In this document: positions 1 to 9,075 of the stretch, in pieces
Numbering within the stretch: the stretch's first letter is position 1
How the letters are laid out: the number at the start of each line of letters is the position of its first letter
DNA from: Ktedonobacterales bacterium
GTDB taxonomy: Bacteria; Chloroflexota; Ktedonobacteria; Ktedonobacterales; JADMIN01
Length of the DNA: 32,000 nt
Direction of reading: 5' to 3'
Assembly (NCBI GenBank): GCA_030167145.1
Contig: CP126532.1
Coordinates: 480,001 to 512,000, forward strand
Program-made: the position numbers and the translations under genes
The notes under the pieces: generated by a model
Told to the model about the DNA's origin: nothing
Databases searched by the model: none
What the model saw: the letters and a program-made list of their open reading frames with translations, nothing else

Positions 1-1
1 G

Positions 2-271
2 TATTTGGATCAAATCTATCGCGGTGATGCCAAATTCTGCGTCATGTTCATTTCGCAGAATTACGCTGCAAAAGTTTGGCCAACCCATGAAAGGCGTAGC
101 GCGCTTGCGAAGGCGGTAAGCGCAAAGGAAGAGTATTTACTCCCTGCGCGATTCGACGATACAGCGATCCCGGGATTATCGCCTTCCATTGCCTACATTG
201 ACCTGCGCAAGAAGACGCCCGAAGAGCTAGGCGACATCATCCTCCGCAAACTAGGAAAAAGAAGTTACTAA
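2..271 (+). CDS. TIR domain-containing protein, C-terminal fragment (5' end outside window)
   Basis: The reading frame is open to the left edge. The translation ...GDAKFCVMFISQNYAAKVWPTHERRSALAKAV..EEYLLPARFDDTAIPGL..IAYIDL follows the C-terminal half of bacterial TIR_2-type domains: a hydrophobic strand, then S-x-N-[YF]-x-x-K-x-W-x-x-x-E, then an h-L-P strand. Stop TAA is at 269-271. The segment is visibly more AT-rich than its neighbours. Confidence 0.65.
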   Translation, partial: YLDQIYRGDAKFCVMFISQNYAAKVWPTHERRSALAKAVSAKEEYLLPARFDDTAIPGLSPSIAYIDLRKKTPEELGDIILRKLGKRSY

Positions 272-316
272 GGCATCTCCTCTCATTCGTGTGGTTTTCG
301 CCGCCAGCTCGTATGA

Positions 317-345
317 TTGACAGCAGCGGGCAGGAATGCTAGCAT
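317..345 (+). promoter_or_regulatory. Candidate sigma70-type promoter upstream of the E2 gene
   Basis: TTGACA (317-322), a 17-nt spacer ending in TGc, then TAGCAT (340-345). This would give a ~200-nt leader before the ATG at 556. Motif match only. Confidence 0.4.
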
Positions 346-555
346 AGTAAGGTGCGCGCAGTATCAGAAGAACATCGTCGAGGTCATGTTGTCTCATCTT
401 ACGTGAGATCAGTTCTCACTGCGCGATTGCATCTACATAACCAGATGTCAACCTTTCTCTGCCGTGGCGTTACCCAACACACAATGACGTGTGTGGCCGC
501 CAGAGCGCTGGCCTACCGCGCCAGCACAACGCAGTGCAACAAGAGGAGCGCATGT

Positions 556-1863
556 ATGGCGACCAAGATCACTATGCCCCAACTGGGCGAGTCGGTCAGT
601 GAAGGCACGATTGGACGGTGGCTGAAAAACGAAGGCGACACGGTCAAGAAAGATGAGTCACTCGTCGAAATCATCACGGACAAAGTGACCGCTGAATTAC
701 CCTCACCCGTCTCAGGACGCCTCGCGAAGATCCTGGTCAAAGAAGATGAGACGGTGAAAGTTGGCGCTGATATTGCCGAGATCGAAGAGCAAGCCAGTTC
801 CGGTGGCACGCCCATATCCTCAGCGTCTTCCACATCTTCTGCCGGTACGTCTGCTGCCTCCGTTTCCGGTACCTCGGCGATGACAGCGACAGCAGTCACC
901 AGTAATGCCCCACAGAGCAACGGCGCCAGCGCTGCGCGCGCTACCGCTGTTCAAGAGAAAGTCTCTCCGTTGGCACGGCGTCTCGCCCAGGAGCACAACG
1001 TTGACCTGAACGAGATTGTCGGCACAGGTGAAAATGGCCGCGTTCGCAAAGAAGACATCCTTGCGTATGTCGCCCAGCGCCAGACCATGCCGCACTCCAC
1101 CGTCACGGCGCCACCACTGGCGACACCGCCCATATCACCTGCTCCGCCAATCGCGGCGGTCGCTGGCGACCAACTGATCACACCTACGCCCGCACGCCGC
1201 GCCATCGCCGAACATATGGTCCGCAGCAAGCATACTTCCCCGCACGCCATTACGGTGTTCGAGGTGGATATGACAAATCTGTCACGCTGGCTGGACCGGA
1301 ACAAGGACGAGTTCAAGCGTCGCGAGGGTGTCGGCATTGGCTATCAAACCTTTGCCATCAAGGCCGCCGTTGAGGCGCTGAAAGAGCATCAGTATCTCAA
1401 TTCATCGTGGACGGAAGATGGTAAGATTTTGCTTCGCAAGCAAATCAACATCGGCGTCTCCATCGCCCTCGAAAACAATCTGGTGGTCCCAGTGATCCGC
1501 AACGCCGATACGCTCAGTGTCGCGGGCATCGCCCGCGCAGTCGCTGATCTTGTCAGCCGTGCCCGAAGCAATAAGCTCATGCCCACCGATCTCCAGGGCG
1601 CAACGTTCACTGTGAATAATCCTGGGGTGTTTGGTACGCTCATTTCAATGGCGATTATCAATCAGCCCAACGCCGCGATCCTCACTATGGATAGTGTCGT
1701 GAAGCGTCCCGTTATAGTGGACGATGCCATTGCCATCCGCCAGATGATGTATATGTCCCTCTCCTTCGATCATCGCATCCTGGATGGTCTCTCAGCCGCT
1801 CAATTCATGAGCGCCGTGAAGCGTCGCATCGAATCCTGGGAACCTGACGCCGACATCTATTAG
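556..1863 (+). CDS. Dihydrolipoamide acyltransferase, E2 component of a 2-oxoacid dehydrogenase complex
   Basis: ATG at 556 is preceded by AAGAGGAG (541-548). Domains in order: N-terminal lipoyl domain (MPQLGESVSEGTIGRWLK...EIITDKV), S/T/A-rich linker, E3-binding domain (SPLARRLAQEHNVDLNEIVGTGENGRVRKEDI), P/A linker, and a catalytic domain with SFDHRILDG. The upstream 68 codons of the 352..1863 ORF look non-coding. Confidence 0.9.
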   Translation: MATKITMPQLGESVSEGTIGRWLKNEGDTVKKDESLVEIITDKVTAELPSPVSGRLAKILVKEDETVKVGADIAEIEEQASSGGTPISSASSTSSAGTSAASVSGTSAMTATAVTSNAPQSNGASAARATAVQEKVSPLARRLAQEHNVDLNEIVGTGENGRVRKEDILAYVAQRQTMPHSTVTAPPLATPPISPAPPIAAVAGDQLITPTPARRAIAEHMVRSKHTSPHAITVFEVDMTNLSRWLDRNKDEFKRREGVGIGYQTFAIKAAVEALKEHQYLNSSWTEDGKILLRKQINIGVSIALENNLVVPVIRNADTLSVAGIARAVADLVSRARSNKLMPTDLQGATFTVNNPGVFGTLISMAIINQPNAAILTMDSVVKRPVIVDDAIAIRQMMYMSLSFDHRILDGLSAAQFMSAVKRRIESWEPDADIY

Positions 1864-1870
1864 CAAACAT

Positions 1871-1902
1871 GAAGCCCGCTAGCCAATATGCTAGTGGGCT
1901 TC
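1871..1902. terminator. Stem-loop between convergent genes (possible bidirectional terminator)
   Basis: GAAGCCCGCTAG (1871-1882) pairs with CTAGTGGGCTTC (1891-1902). The stem is 12 bp with one G-U pair and an 8-nt loop. There is no strong U-tract on either strand. Confidence 0.45.
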
Positions 1903-2002
1903 AAAATAAGACCAACCCAATAAAGACGAACGTGTATGATACCCCCATACACTGCGCACGTATGGGACGGTGTACGCCATTGTACGCCGGGCCTGAACCT
2001 GC

Positions 2003-2221
2003 TTAACCAGCAATCGCCGCTTCGCGCTGCTCGACAGTAGCACCGACGACTGCACGCAGGATCTCGAAATCGCGAGTGGCCAGATCATGCTGGTACCACT
2101 CGTAGGTCTTCCGAAGCGGGAGCGAAAAGTCTGGATGACAGGCTTCGACATAGTAGCCCGAACCGGTGCGCCCCATGCGCGCCTCGGCGCCCGTCTGCTC
2201 ATTACGATAAACGAAAGACAT
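2003..2221 (-). CDS. Small hypothetical protein (72 aa)
   Basis: ATG at 2221 is preceded on the minus strand by GAGGGAAAGGGAACC. The composition is non-repetitive and protein-like (..GYYVEACHPDFSLPLRKTYEWYQHDLATRDFEIL..). I recognise no family. Confidence 0.45.
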   Translation of the reverse strand: MSFVYRNEQTGAEARMGRTGSGYYVEACHPDFSLPLRKTYEWYQHDLATRDFEILRAVVGATVEQREAAIAG

Positions 2222-2503
2222 GGTTCCCTTTCCCTCGAACGAGATGAACTCGCGCGAAGGGTAATGTCAACAGCACATTGACCCATCACCAACTAGCATT
2301 TTACCACAAGACACTACCAATCACAGCGGCCCATAATGGCTAACATAAACCTCCCAGCCGAAGCATGCCGAGCAGCAATTCCGCTGGATCAAGGTCTCCA
2401 TAGAGTATACGCACCCGCACCGCGAACGAATCACATTGGTACCCATTACTCACACCCATAGCCCACGACTATATGAAAGGCGCCCCTGCCCCACCACGTG
2501 CCA

Positions 2504-2512
2504 TGCTATAAT
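2504..2512 (+). promoter_or_regulatory. Extended -10 element (TGcTATAAT) upstream of the DUF1611 operon
   Basis: Exact TGCTATAAT at 2504-2512 with no good -35. It would give a ~180-nt leader before the ATG at 2699. Confidence 0.35.
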
Positions 2513-2698
2513 GTCTGCGCCTGCCGGGTGCGCGAATCACATGTCATTTCGCCGCATACATTTGTCTCGTGTGCATTCCTCTGATTGATCTCGCGCCTCC
2601 TGGCAATGTGACAACTTCGGCTAGCATATCCACAGGCGCACCGGTGCAGACGACAACGTAAACGACCTAGCTGATCCATACGAACAGGAGCGGGCCAC

Positions 2699-3760
2699 AT
2701 GCGGCGTATCGCCATCCTCGCTGAAGGTAAGTTAAACTGGCAAGACGCGAAAACCGCTGTCGGTGTCCTGCGGTATAGCTCCGATACCGTCGTCGCCGTC
2801 GTAGACAGCACCACCAGCGGACAAGATGCCGCTGTCGCACTTGGCAACCCTGACGGTCCAGGCAAGGGTGTGCCAGTCGTTGAGAGTGTCGCCGCCGCCC
2901 TCGACTATGCTCCTGACACCCTCATGATTGGCATCGCGCCTATTGGTGGACGCCTCCCCGAACCGTGGCGAGCCGAGGTGCTGCACGCAATTCACGGCGG
3001 CCTCAATATCGTCAGTGGATTGCATTTCTTCCTCGCGGATGATCCGGAAATAGCCGCGGCTGCACGCGAGTGCGGTATCCAGATCTGGGATGTGCGCCGC
3101 CCTGCTGACGACATCGCCATGCGCATCCGTGAAGATCTACCCCATCGTGCGAGTAGCCATGTCGTCTACTTCTGTGGCACCGACTGCAACGTTGGCAAGA
3201 TGACCGCCGCCATTGAATTCGACCGCGAAGCCAGGCGTCTCGGCCTCTCGTCCACACTTGCTGCCACCGGCCAGACTGGCATCATGATTGAGGGTAGCGG
3301 CATTCCTGCTGACCGCATTATCAGTGATTTTCTTCCCGGCGGCGTCGAAGCGCTCGTCTTGCCTCGCACCGAAGACTACGACTGGACATTCGTAGAAGGC
3401 CAGGGGTCTCTTATCCACCCGGCCTATTCCGCCGTTACTCTTGGCCTCATCCATGGCGCGGCGCCTGATCTTATGGTGCTGTGCCATCTCGCTGGCCGCA
3501 CCCACATTCGTCAGTATAGCGTCCCCATTCCGTCGCTTTCTCGCATGAAGGAGATCTACGAACAGGCCGCAGGGTGGCTAAAACCCGCACCAGTCGTTGC
3601 TATAGCGCTCAACACCTACACCCTCCCCGAAGCCGAGGCGCTGGCAGCAATTGCCGCTGCTGAAGCCGAAACAGGTCTTCCCACCGACGATCCCGTACGT
3701 TTCGGTGCAGGACGCCTCATACGGGCGCTGGTCGAGGCCACCAAACACACCGTATCATGA
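2699..3760 (+). CDS. DUF1611 family protein (DgcN-like putative N-acetyltransferase)
   Basis: AGGAG lies 8 nt upstream of the ATG. The P-loop-like GTDCNVGKMT motif and overall layout are typical of DUF1611. The gene sits directly upstream of an enolase-superfamily epimerase, as in described DgcN/DgcA pairs. Confidence 0.8.
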   Translation: MRRIAILAEGKLNWQDAKTAVGVLRYSSDTVVAVVDSTTSGQDAAVALGNPDGPGKGVPVVESVAAALDYAPDTLMIGIAPIGGRLPEPWRAEVLHAIHGGLNIVSGLHFFLADDPEIAAAARECGIQIWDVRRPADDIAMRIREDLPHRASSHVVYFCGTDCNVGKMTAAIEFDREARRLGLSSTLAATGQTGIMIEGSGIPADRIISDFLPGGVEALVLPRTEDYDWTFVEGQGSLIHPAYSAVTLGLIHGAAPDLMVLCHLAGRTHIRQYSVPIPSLSRMKEIYEQAAGWLKPAPVVAIALNTYTLPEAEALAAIAAAEAETGLPTDDPVRFGAGRLIRALVEATKHTVS

Positions 3761-3777
3761 AGTAGAAGGAGCTACGC

Positions 3778-4830
3778 ATGCGTCTACGCGCGGAGCCGCT
3801 CGATCTCAAGCTTCTACACCCATTTCGCATTTCACGCGGCGTGCAAGACTATGCCCGTGCGCTTCTAGTGGAGATCACGTGCGGCGATCTGATCGGTATC
3901 GGCGAGGCCGCGCCCGATGGGGGCGGATACTACGGCGAGAAGCGCGAAACGATGCTCGCCGCGCTGCCCTACCTTGCCGAAAGCCTCGGCGACGATCCTA
4001 TGCTCCACGAAGATATCATGCAACTACTAGACAAGGCGCTTCACCATGGCAACGGCGCCGCGAAAGCTGCCATTGACATGGCTTTGTACGATCTGGCGGG
4101 CAAAGGCCTTGGCATCCCACTCTATCAGTTGCTTGGTCTCAATCCACAGCGCACACCCGCCACATCCTTTACCATCGCGATAGATACGCCGGCCGCCATG
4201 GCACAGCGCGCACAGGAAGCGCATGAGTACCCCATACTGAAAATCAAAGTTGGCACACCCGACGATGTGGAGATGATTCACGCCATCCGTGATGTCACAG
4301 ACGCCACGATTCGCGTGGACGCCAACGCCGCATGGACACCAAAAGATGCGCTGAATCGCATCGAAGCGTTCGCCGACTTCGGTATTGAATTCGTAGAGCA
4401 GCCAGTAGCCGCCTTCGACCTCGCCGGGCTGCGTTTCGTCCGGGAGCGCAGCCCTTTACCTATCATCGCCGATGAAAGCTGTGTCACGCTGGAAGACGTG
4501 GCCCGTGTGGCGGAATGCGCAGATGGCATCAACATCAAACTTGCCAAGTGTGGCGGCATCAGTAACGCCTTGAAAATGATCGCCGCAGCTCGTGCGCTTC
4601 ACCTGAAGGTCATGCTCGGCTGCATGATTAGCAGTTCCATCTCTATCACCGCCGCTGCCCATCTATCGCCTCTCGTAGATTATGCTGATCTTGACGGCGC
4701 GCTGCTGCTCGCGCATGACCCTTATGAAGGTGTCCGTTTCGATGGCGGCAAGATGAGCCTTCCCGATGCTCCTGGCCTTGGTGTCCGCCCGCGTCAGAAT
4801 GCTCCAGAAAAGTCCAATCCCGCCAGCTAG
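3778..4830 (+). CDS. Dipeptide epimerase / enolase-superfamily racemase (L-Ala-D/L-Glu epimerase-like, DgcA-like)
   Basis: GAAGGAG RBS. Enolase-superfamily motifs are present: LKIKVG, RVDANAAW, VEQP, ADES and INIKLAKCGG. Confidence 0.85.
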   Translation: MRLRAEPLDLKLLHPFRISRGVQDYARALLVEITCGDLIGIGEAAPDGGGYYGEKRETMLAALPYLAESLGDDPMLHEDIMQLLDKALHHGNGAAKAAIDMALYDLAGKGLGIPLYQLLGLNPQRTPATSFTIAIDTPAAMAQRAQEAHEYPILKIKVGTPDDVEMIHAIRDVTDATIRVDANAAWTPKDALNRIEAFADFGIEFVEQPVAAFDLAGLRFVRERSPLPIIADESCVTLEDVARVAECADGINIKLAKCGGISNALKMIAAARALHLKVMLGCMISSSISITAAAHLSPLVDYADLDGALLLAHDPYEGVRFDGGKMSLPDAPGLGVRPRQNAPEKSNPAS

Positions 4831-4842
4831 AAAGGCTCCCTG

Positions 4843-5418
4843 ATGGATCTCAACTATGACGACGCCCTTGCGCTCCTGCGAGAACACAATACCAACGAGA
4901 GTCTGGTGAAGCATGGTATCGCCGTCGCTGCCGCTATGTCCGCCTATGCCCGCAAATTCGGAGAAGACGAGAACAAATGGCGTATCACGGGCCTGCTGCA
5001 CGATGTGGATTACGAGAAACATCCCACCATCGAAGAGCATGCCAGGGTCGGCGCGGGCTGGCTGCGCGATCTTGGCTATCCCGACGATGTGACCCATGCG
5101 GTCGAAGCGCACAATGACTATCACGGCGTACAGCGTGACGACCTGCTATCGCGTGCCCTTTTTGCCTGTGACGAGCTAACCGGACTCATCACCGCCGCGG
5201 CGCTAGTACGTCCCAACAAGAGTATCATCGGCCTTGAATCCGCATCAGTCCGCAAGAAGATGAAAGACAAAGCCTTCGCACGTGGCGTCAACCGGGAAGA
5301 CATCATCAGTGGCGCGGCAGAGTTGGGTGTGGGCCTCGACGAACACATCACCTTCGTTATCGCCGCTATGTCGGCGGAAGCAGATGTTCTCGGCCTCACC
5401 GGCACACCTGCAGACTGA
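4843..5418 (+). CDS. HD/HDIG-domain metal-dependent phosphohydrolase
   Basis: H..(LLHDVD)..H pattern (VKHGIAVA...GLLHDVDYEKHP...AHNDYHG). The start is 12 nt after the epimerase stop, so it is probably the third gene of the operon. Confidence 0.8.
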   Translation: MDLNYDDALALLREHNTNESLVKHGIAVAAAMSAYARKFGEDENKWRITGLLHDVDYEKHPTIEEHARVGAGWLRDLGYPDDVTHAVEAHNDYHGVQRDDLLSRALFACDELTGLITAAALVRPNKSIIGLESASVRKKMKDKAFARGVNREDIISGAAELGVGLDEHITFVIAAMSAEADVLGLTGTPAD

Positions 5419-5515
5419 CCCCAAGAATGCACTGCCATATTCAGCACCCGCCTCCGTGGACAGCACATGCCGTGTCGTGGCCAAAATGAGCCGCTGCATG
5501 GCGAACGACGTGCCG

Positions 5516-5551
5516 AAGCCTGTACCTGGATCATCCCCTCCAAGTACAGGC
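5516..5551. terminator. Stem-loop between convergent HD gene and membrane-protein gene
   Basis: AGCCTGTAC-c-TGGA (5516-5529) pairs with TCCA-a-GTACAGGCT (5538-5551), giving 9+4 bp with a 1x1 mismatch. It is followed by CCTTCATTT, a weak U-tract. Confidence 0.4.
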
Positions 5552-5588
5552 TCCTTCATTTCGCTGGAGGAACGTAAAGCAAAACGGC

Positions 5589-7148
5589 TTATTGTTGTTG
5601 CCGTTGTTGCGGTGACTCGGTGGGCGCCGCGACTGATGCGGGTTGCTTCGCAGAGGAGCCGCCGCGTACCCGCTGAACCATCAGATACGCGCCGAAGATG
5701 AGAAGCGAGGCTGCGGAGATGATAGTCGTCGGTCCAGGCTGCGGAAATGGCACGCGGTTCGAGAGGTTAGTGAGCGAGAATAGGCCGTTGAAGCCGGAGA
5801 GCGCAAGAGAGAAGATCCAGAAGGTCAGCAGAACAGTAAATCCGACCAACCCCAGGAAGCGCAGCGAGTTCTCCGCGACGCGCCAGCGGAACAGCAATAG
5901 CGCAACAGAGAAGACGATGCTCAATACCGCAACAACACCGAGCAACAGCGCGAGTGCAGCGGAAGCATACTCCTGATGACTCGCGAGAGCTGTCTTGACG
6001 AAGTCGAAGGTTTGCTGCCCGCCACACTTTGCTACCGTGCTACAGGTGTTTTTGTCGCTGAGTAGGTGCAGGTACATCTGAATGGCACGTGACGCCGCAG
6101 CTACTGACAGAACGCCGATGAAGATCAGGATGGGCCAAGCGACACTGCGTAGCGCTAGCGAGAGATTGAAGGCAATGCCACCACGGCGGTTGAGCGCCGC
6201 CTTAATCGTGTTGATCAACTCCTCGACGACGCGCTGGCCGATAGACACGGCGCTATCCGCATCTACCTCCTTGCCCAAGCCGTTGATCACGGCAGCCAGG
6301 GCAAGAATCAGCAAACCCAGTGGCAAATAAATCAATGCCTGAATGAGATCAATAAAGCTCAGCGTCGGAGGGTTGGCAATGCCCGAACCACCAGCTGCGC
6401 ATGCGCCAAACGGCCACGACACCGCACACGTATTCACATGGACGTTGCTCTGGATCAGATCCGAAAAGAAGTTCACTACTTCCATTCGAAAAATCAACGA
6501 CAACGCCAGTACCAACACCGCGCCAGAAATCAAGTCACCGGAGACCAGCTGCCGCATGTCAGGATACTCTTGCCTGCTGTCGTCCTCATCGCCCAGGCCA
6601 ATATCTTCGCTCGCGTGCAGCGGCTTCCCAGATGCGCGGCGAATCCAACGGCGAATGGTGGCGAACCAGAAGACCGCGATCACCCCGAAGTTGATGATTG
6701 CATAGGTCCACTTACTCTTGCCGATCTCTGGAAGCTGGATCTGGAACAGCTTCTCCAGCAAATCCTGGAGCGCCGGAATGAGTTGCTGATTGTAGTAGTA
6801 AATGATGCCGACGAAAACGATACAAAAGAGCGTAACCGTCAGCGTCATCACGAGGTAGCGCCGCAGGCGCGGGTGTCGCAAGATTGAGCATTGCAGCGTG
6901 ATAATCAGCGCACAGAACCAGAGGTACAGCGCCCACGGCTCGTGGAAAACCTTACTGGTGAAGTCACCTTCTAATGGATCACGGTAGCCGAGAAATCCGG
7001 TGAGCATGAAGACGATGACACCAGCAAGGCCCAGCCCGATCACGAGCCAGACAGGATACTGCACTAGGAAGGTGTTCTTCTGCTCGTCATACAGGTCGGT
7101 GTAGGCGTGAATCCTACGTATAAGGCTGTCGTTAGGTGATGCTGGCAT
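5589..7148 (-). CDS. Polytopic integral membrane protein, unknown family (paralog 1)
   Basis: The 539-aa ORF has many hydrophobic spans. I prefer the ATG at 7148 because AGGAG lies 8 nt upstream and it aligns with the paralog's N-terminus. It is collinear with 7224..8834 (shared blocks TDLYDE, DLIQALIYLPLGL, LFRWRVAEN.LRFLGL.GF.VLLTFWIFSLAL). The C-terminal tail is Q-rich. Confidence 0.8.
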   Translation of the reverse strand: MPASPNDSLIRRIHAYTDLYDEQKNTFLVQYPVWLVIGLGLAGVIVFMLTGFLGYRDPLEGDFTSKVFHEPWALYLWFCALIITLQCSILRHPRLRRYLVMTLTVTLFCIVFVGIIYYYNQQLIPALQDLLEKLFQIQLPEIGKSKWTYAIINFGVIAVFWFATIRRWIRRASGKPLHASEDIGLGDEDDSRQEYPDMRQLVSGDLISGAVLVLALSLIFRMEVVNFFSDLIQSNVHVNTCAVSWPFGACAAGGSGIANPPTLSFIDLIQALIYLPLGLLILALAAVINGLGKEVDADSAVSIGQRVVEELINTIKAALNRRGGIAFNLSLALRSVAWPILIFIGVLSVAAASRAIQMYLHLLSDKNTCSTVAKCGGQQTFDFVKTALASHQEYASAALALLLGVVAVLSIVFSVALLLFRWRVAENSLRFLGLVGFTVLLTFWIFSLALSGFNGLFSLTNLSNRVPFPQPGPTTIISAASLLIFGAYLMVQRVRGGSSAKQPASVAAPTESPQQRQQQ

Positions 7149-7223
7149 TGGGTTAGCTCCTGATGTGTGCGGGACACCTGGCGAATTCACATGCTTCACC
7201 AGCGACACATATTCCGTGTACGG

Positions 7224-8834
7224 CTAGCTCTGCGACTGCCCCTGCTGGGGCGCAACGGAAGCAGCGGGAGACGTTATGATAGATTCACTAGGCGCTACAT
7301 TATTGGCAGGCACGCCCGAATGAGCGCCGTCCAGTTCCTCTTGCATCGGAGCAATGGCTGGTTGCGCCTTCTTCGGCTTACCCATGCCACTAACAACGAT
7401 GTATCCACCGAAGAGTATCAGCGCCCCTAGCGATAGCGCTGTCGCACCACCCAGAGTAAATGGCGTGCGATTGGTGGCGTTGGTCTGTAGCAGCAACTGG
7501 TTGAAGCCCCAGAGCGCAAGCGAGAAGATCCAGAACGTCAGCAGCACGACAAAGCCGATCAGCCCCAGGAATCGCAGTGTATTCTCGGCGACACGCCAGC
7601 GGAAAAGCATTAGCGCAGCAGAGAAGACAATACTCAGCACCGTGATGACGGCCCAGATCGCGGCGGGCAAGATGTCAGCAGCGACATCGCCTACACCTTT
7701 ACCACTGTGCAGATAGAGTTGGATACCAGTCGAGAGTTCGGCGAGACCCCAACTCGCGCCAATGAGCAACGCCGGCCAACCAATCATGCGCAGCGACAGC
7801 ACGAGATTGCGCGCCAGGAGGCGCGCCCGGCGGTCAAGCGCCGCTTGGATGGTATCAAGGACAGTCGTTGCGACATCGGTCGCGATGGCAGTGCTCGATT
7901 TCCCCTGGGCCTGTGTGCTTGTAGGCATGCCAGGCAGACCAAACGCAGCTACAGCCTTTTCATCAACACCACCTACAGCACCCAGTCCACTTACCGTTGC
8001 CGCGAACGCTAGTATCATGAGACCAAGGGGTAGATAGATCAGCGCCTGGATCAAGTCCACGAAGGTGAGTGTCGGCGGGTCAAATGGGCCACCCCCGAAC
8101 CCGTGACACGCGCTAAACGGCAGGGAGACCGTGCAGGAATTGAGCGTGATTCCGCTGCTCTGGAGCACAGGAGCGAGCAACTCCGCGCGGAAGATCAGCC
8201 CCAACAACACGGCCAGCACCGCGCCCGCAATCAAATCACCGGAGATCAACTCCTGCAGCGATGGCATATCTTCAGCGTCTGCGCTGAAACCCTCGCCGAT
8301 ATTCACGTGTGGATTCGGCGCCAGTCCCCGCGAGCGGCGAACCCAGCGGCGGATGGTGTCTGCCCAGAACACGCCAATCAGTCCAAAATTCACTATGGTG
8401 TACGTCCAGGCATTGCCAGCAAGCAACTTAAGCAGGATATGCTTGCCAAGTATCTGCTGGATGATGTCGGGCAGCGACTTGCTAAAGTAGATGAGTCCGA
8501 CCAGCAGGATGGCCAGCGCAGCAAACACCAGCATGGCGATCAGTCGCCGACGAAGCGATGGGTCACGGAAGATCAAAACGATCAGCGTCACCATCAGCGC
8601 AGAGAACCACAAGAAGAGCGGCCATGGCTGCCGAATAGCTCCATCGAGTGCGAGGTGGCCCTCTGGGTAGCCGAAAAAGCCAACCAGGGCGAATGCCGCG
8701 ACACCCGCTAGGCCAAGCAGAATAATCAGCCAGGCCGGAAAGCGTACCTGGAAAGCGCGGCGTTCCTCATCATATAAGTCCGTGATGGCATGGCGCGCCT
8801 TGGGCGGTCGCTGGCCTGCCACTCTCTTAAGCAT
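7224..8834 (-). CDS. Polytopic integral membrane protein, unknown family (paralog 2)
   Basis: ATG at 8834 is preceded by GGAGGAG 6 nt upstream. The gene ends 15 nt before the ORF of paralog 1 on the same strand. It has the same conserved blocks and the C-x7-C loop (NSCTVSLPFSAC vs NTCAVSWPFGAC). Confidence 0.8.
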   Translation of the reverse strand: MLKRVAGQRPPKARHAITDLYDEERRAFQVRFPAWLIILLGLAGVAAFALVGFFGYPEGHLALDGAIRQPWPLFLWFSALMVTLIVLIFRDPSLRRRLIAMLVFAALAILLVGLIYFSKSLPDIIQQILGKHILLKLLAGNAWTYTIVNFGLIGVFWADTIRRWVRRSRGLAPNPHVNIGEGFSADAEDMPSLQELISGDLIAGAVLAVLLGLIFRAELLAPVLQSSGITLNSCTVSLPFSACHGFGGGPFDPPTLTFVDLIQALIYLPLGLMILAFAATVSGLGAVGGVDEKAVAAFGLPGMPTSTQAQGKSSTAIATDVATTVLDTIQAALDRRARLLARNLVLSLRMIGWPALLIGASWGLAELSTGIQLYLHSGKGVGDVAADILPAAIWAVITVLSIVFSAALMLFRWRVAENTLRFLGLIGFVVLLTFWIFSLALWGFNQLLLQTNATNRTPFTLGGATALSLGALILFGGYIVVSGMGKPKKAQPAIAPMQEELDGAHSGVPANNVAPSESIITSPAASVAPQQGQSQS

Positions 8835-9075
8835 GAACGTCTCCTCCACTCCACGTGCGCGGGCATCTATGGCACACCACTATCTCCGCCACCTTTCACG
8901 CCACCACGCCATAGGCGCGATTCCACCAGCATGTCTCTCGTCAGCACATGGCTGCCCATGTTGGAATGTCACAGCCCTGCAAGTTGAGAGCAGGTAGGCA
9001 AGCGCTAGCTCATAAGTTCAGAGTTGGTCCCCCATATGATACATGCGAACGGCCAGAATGAACAGGGGGAGCTTT

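Noticed and set aside
352-555. 68-codon N-terminal extension of the E2 ORF (GTG at 352)
   Set aside because: There is no homology-like features or RBS. The ATG at 556 has AAGAGGAG upstream and starts exactly at the lipoyl domain.
2003-2221. Small ORF as a HicB-like antitoxin
   Set aside because: The GYYVE...P motif gives only a superficial resemblance. No adjacent toxin ORF is present. I kept it as hypothetical only.
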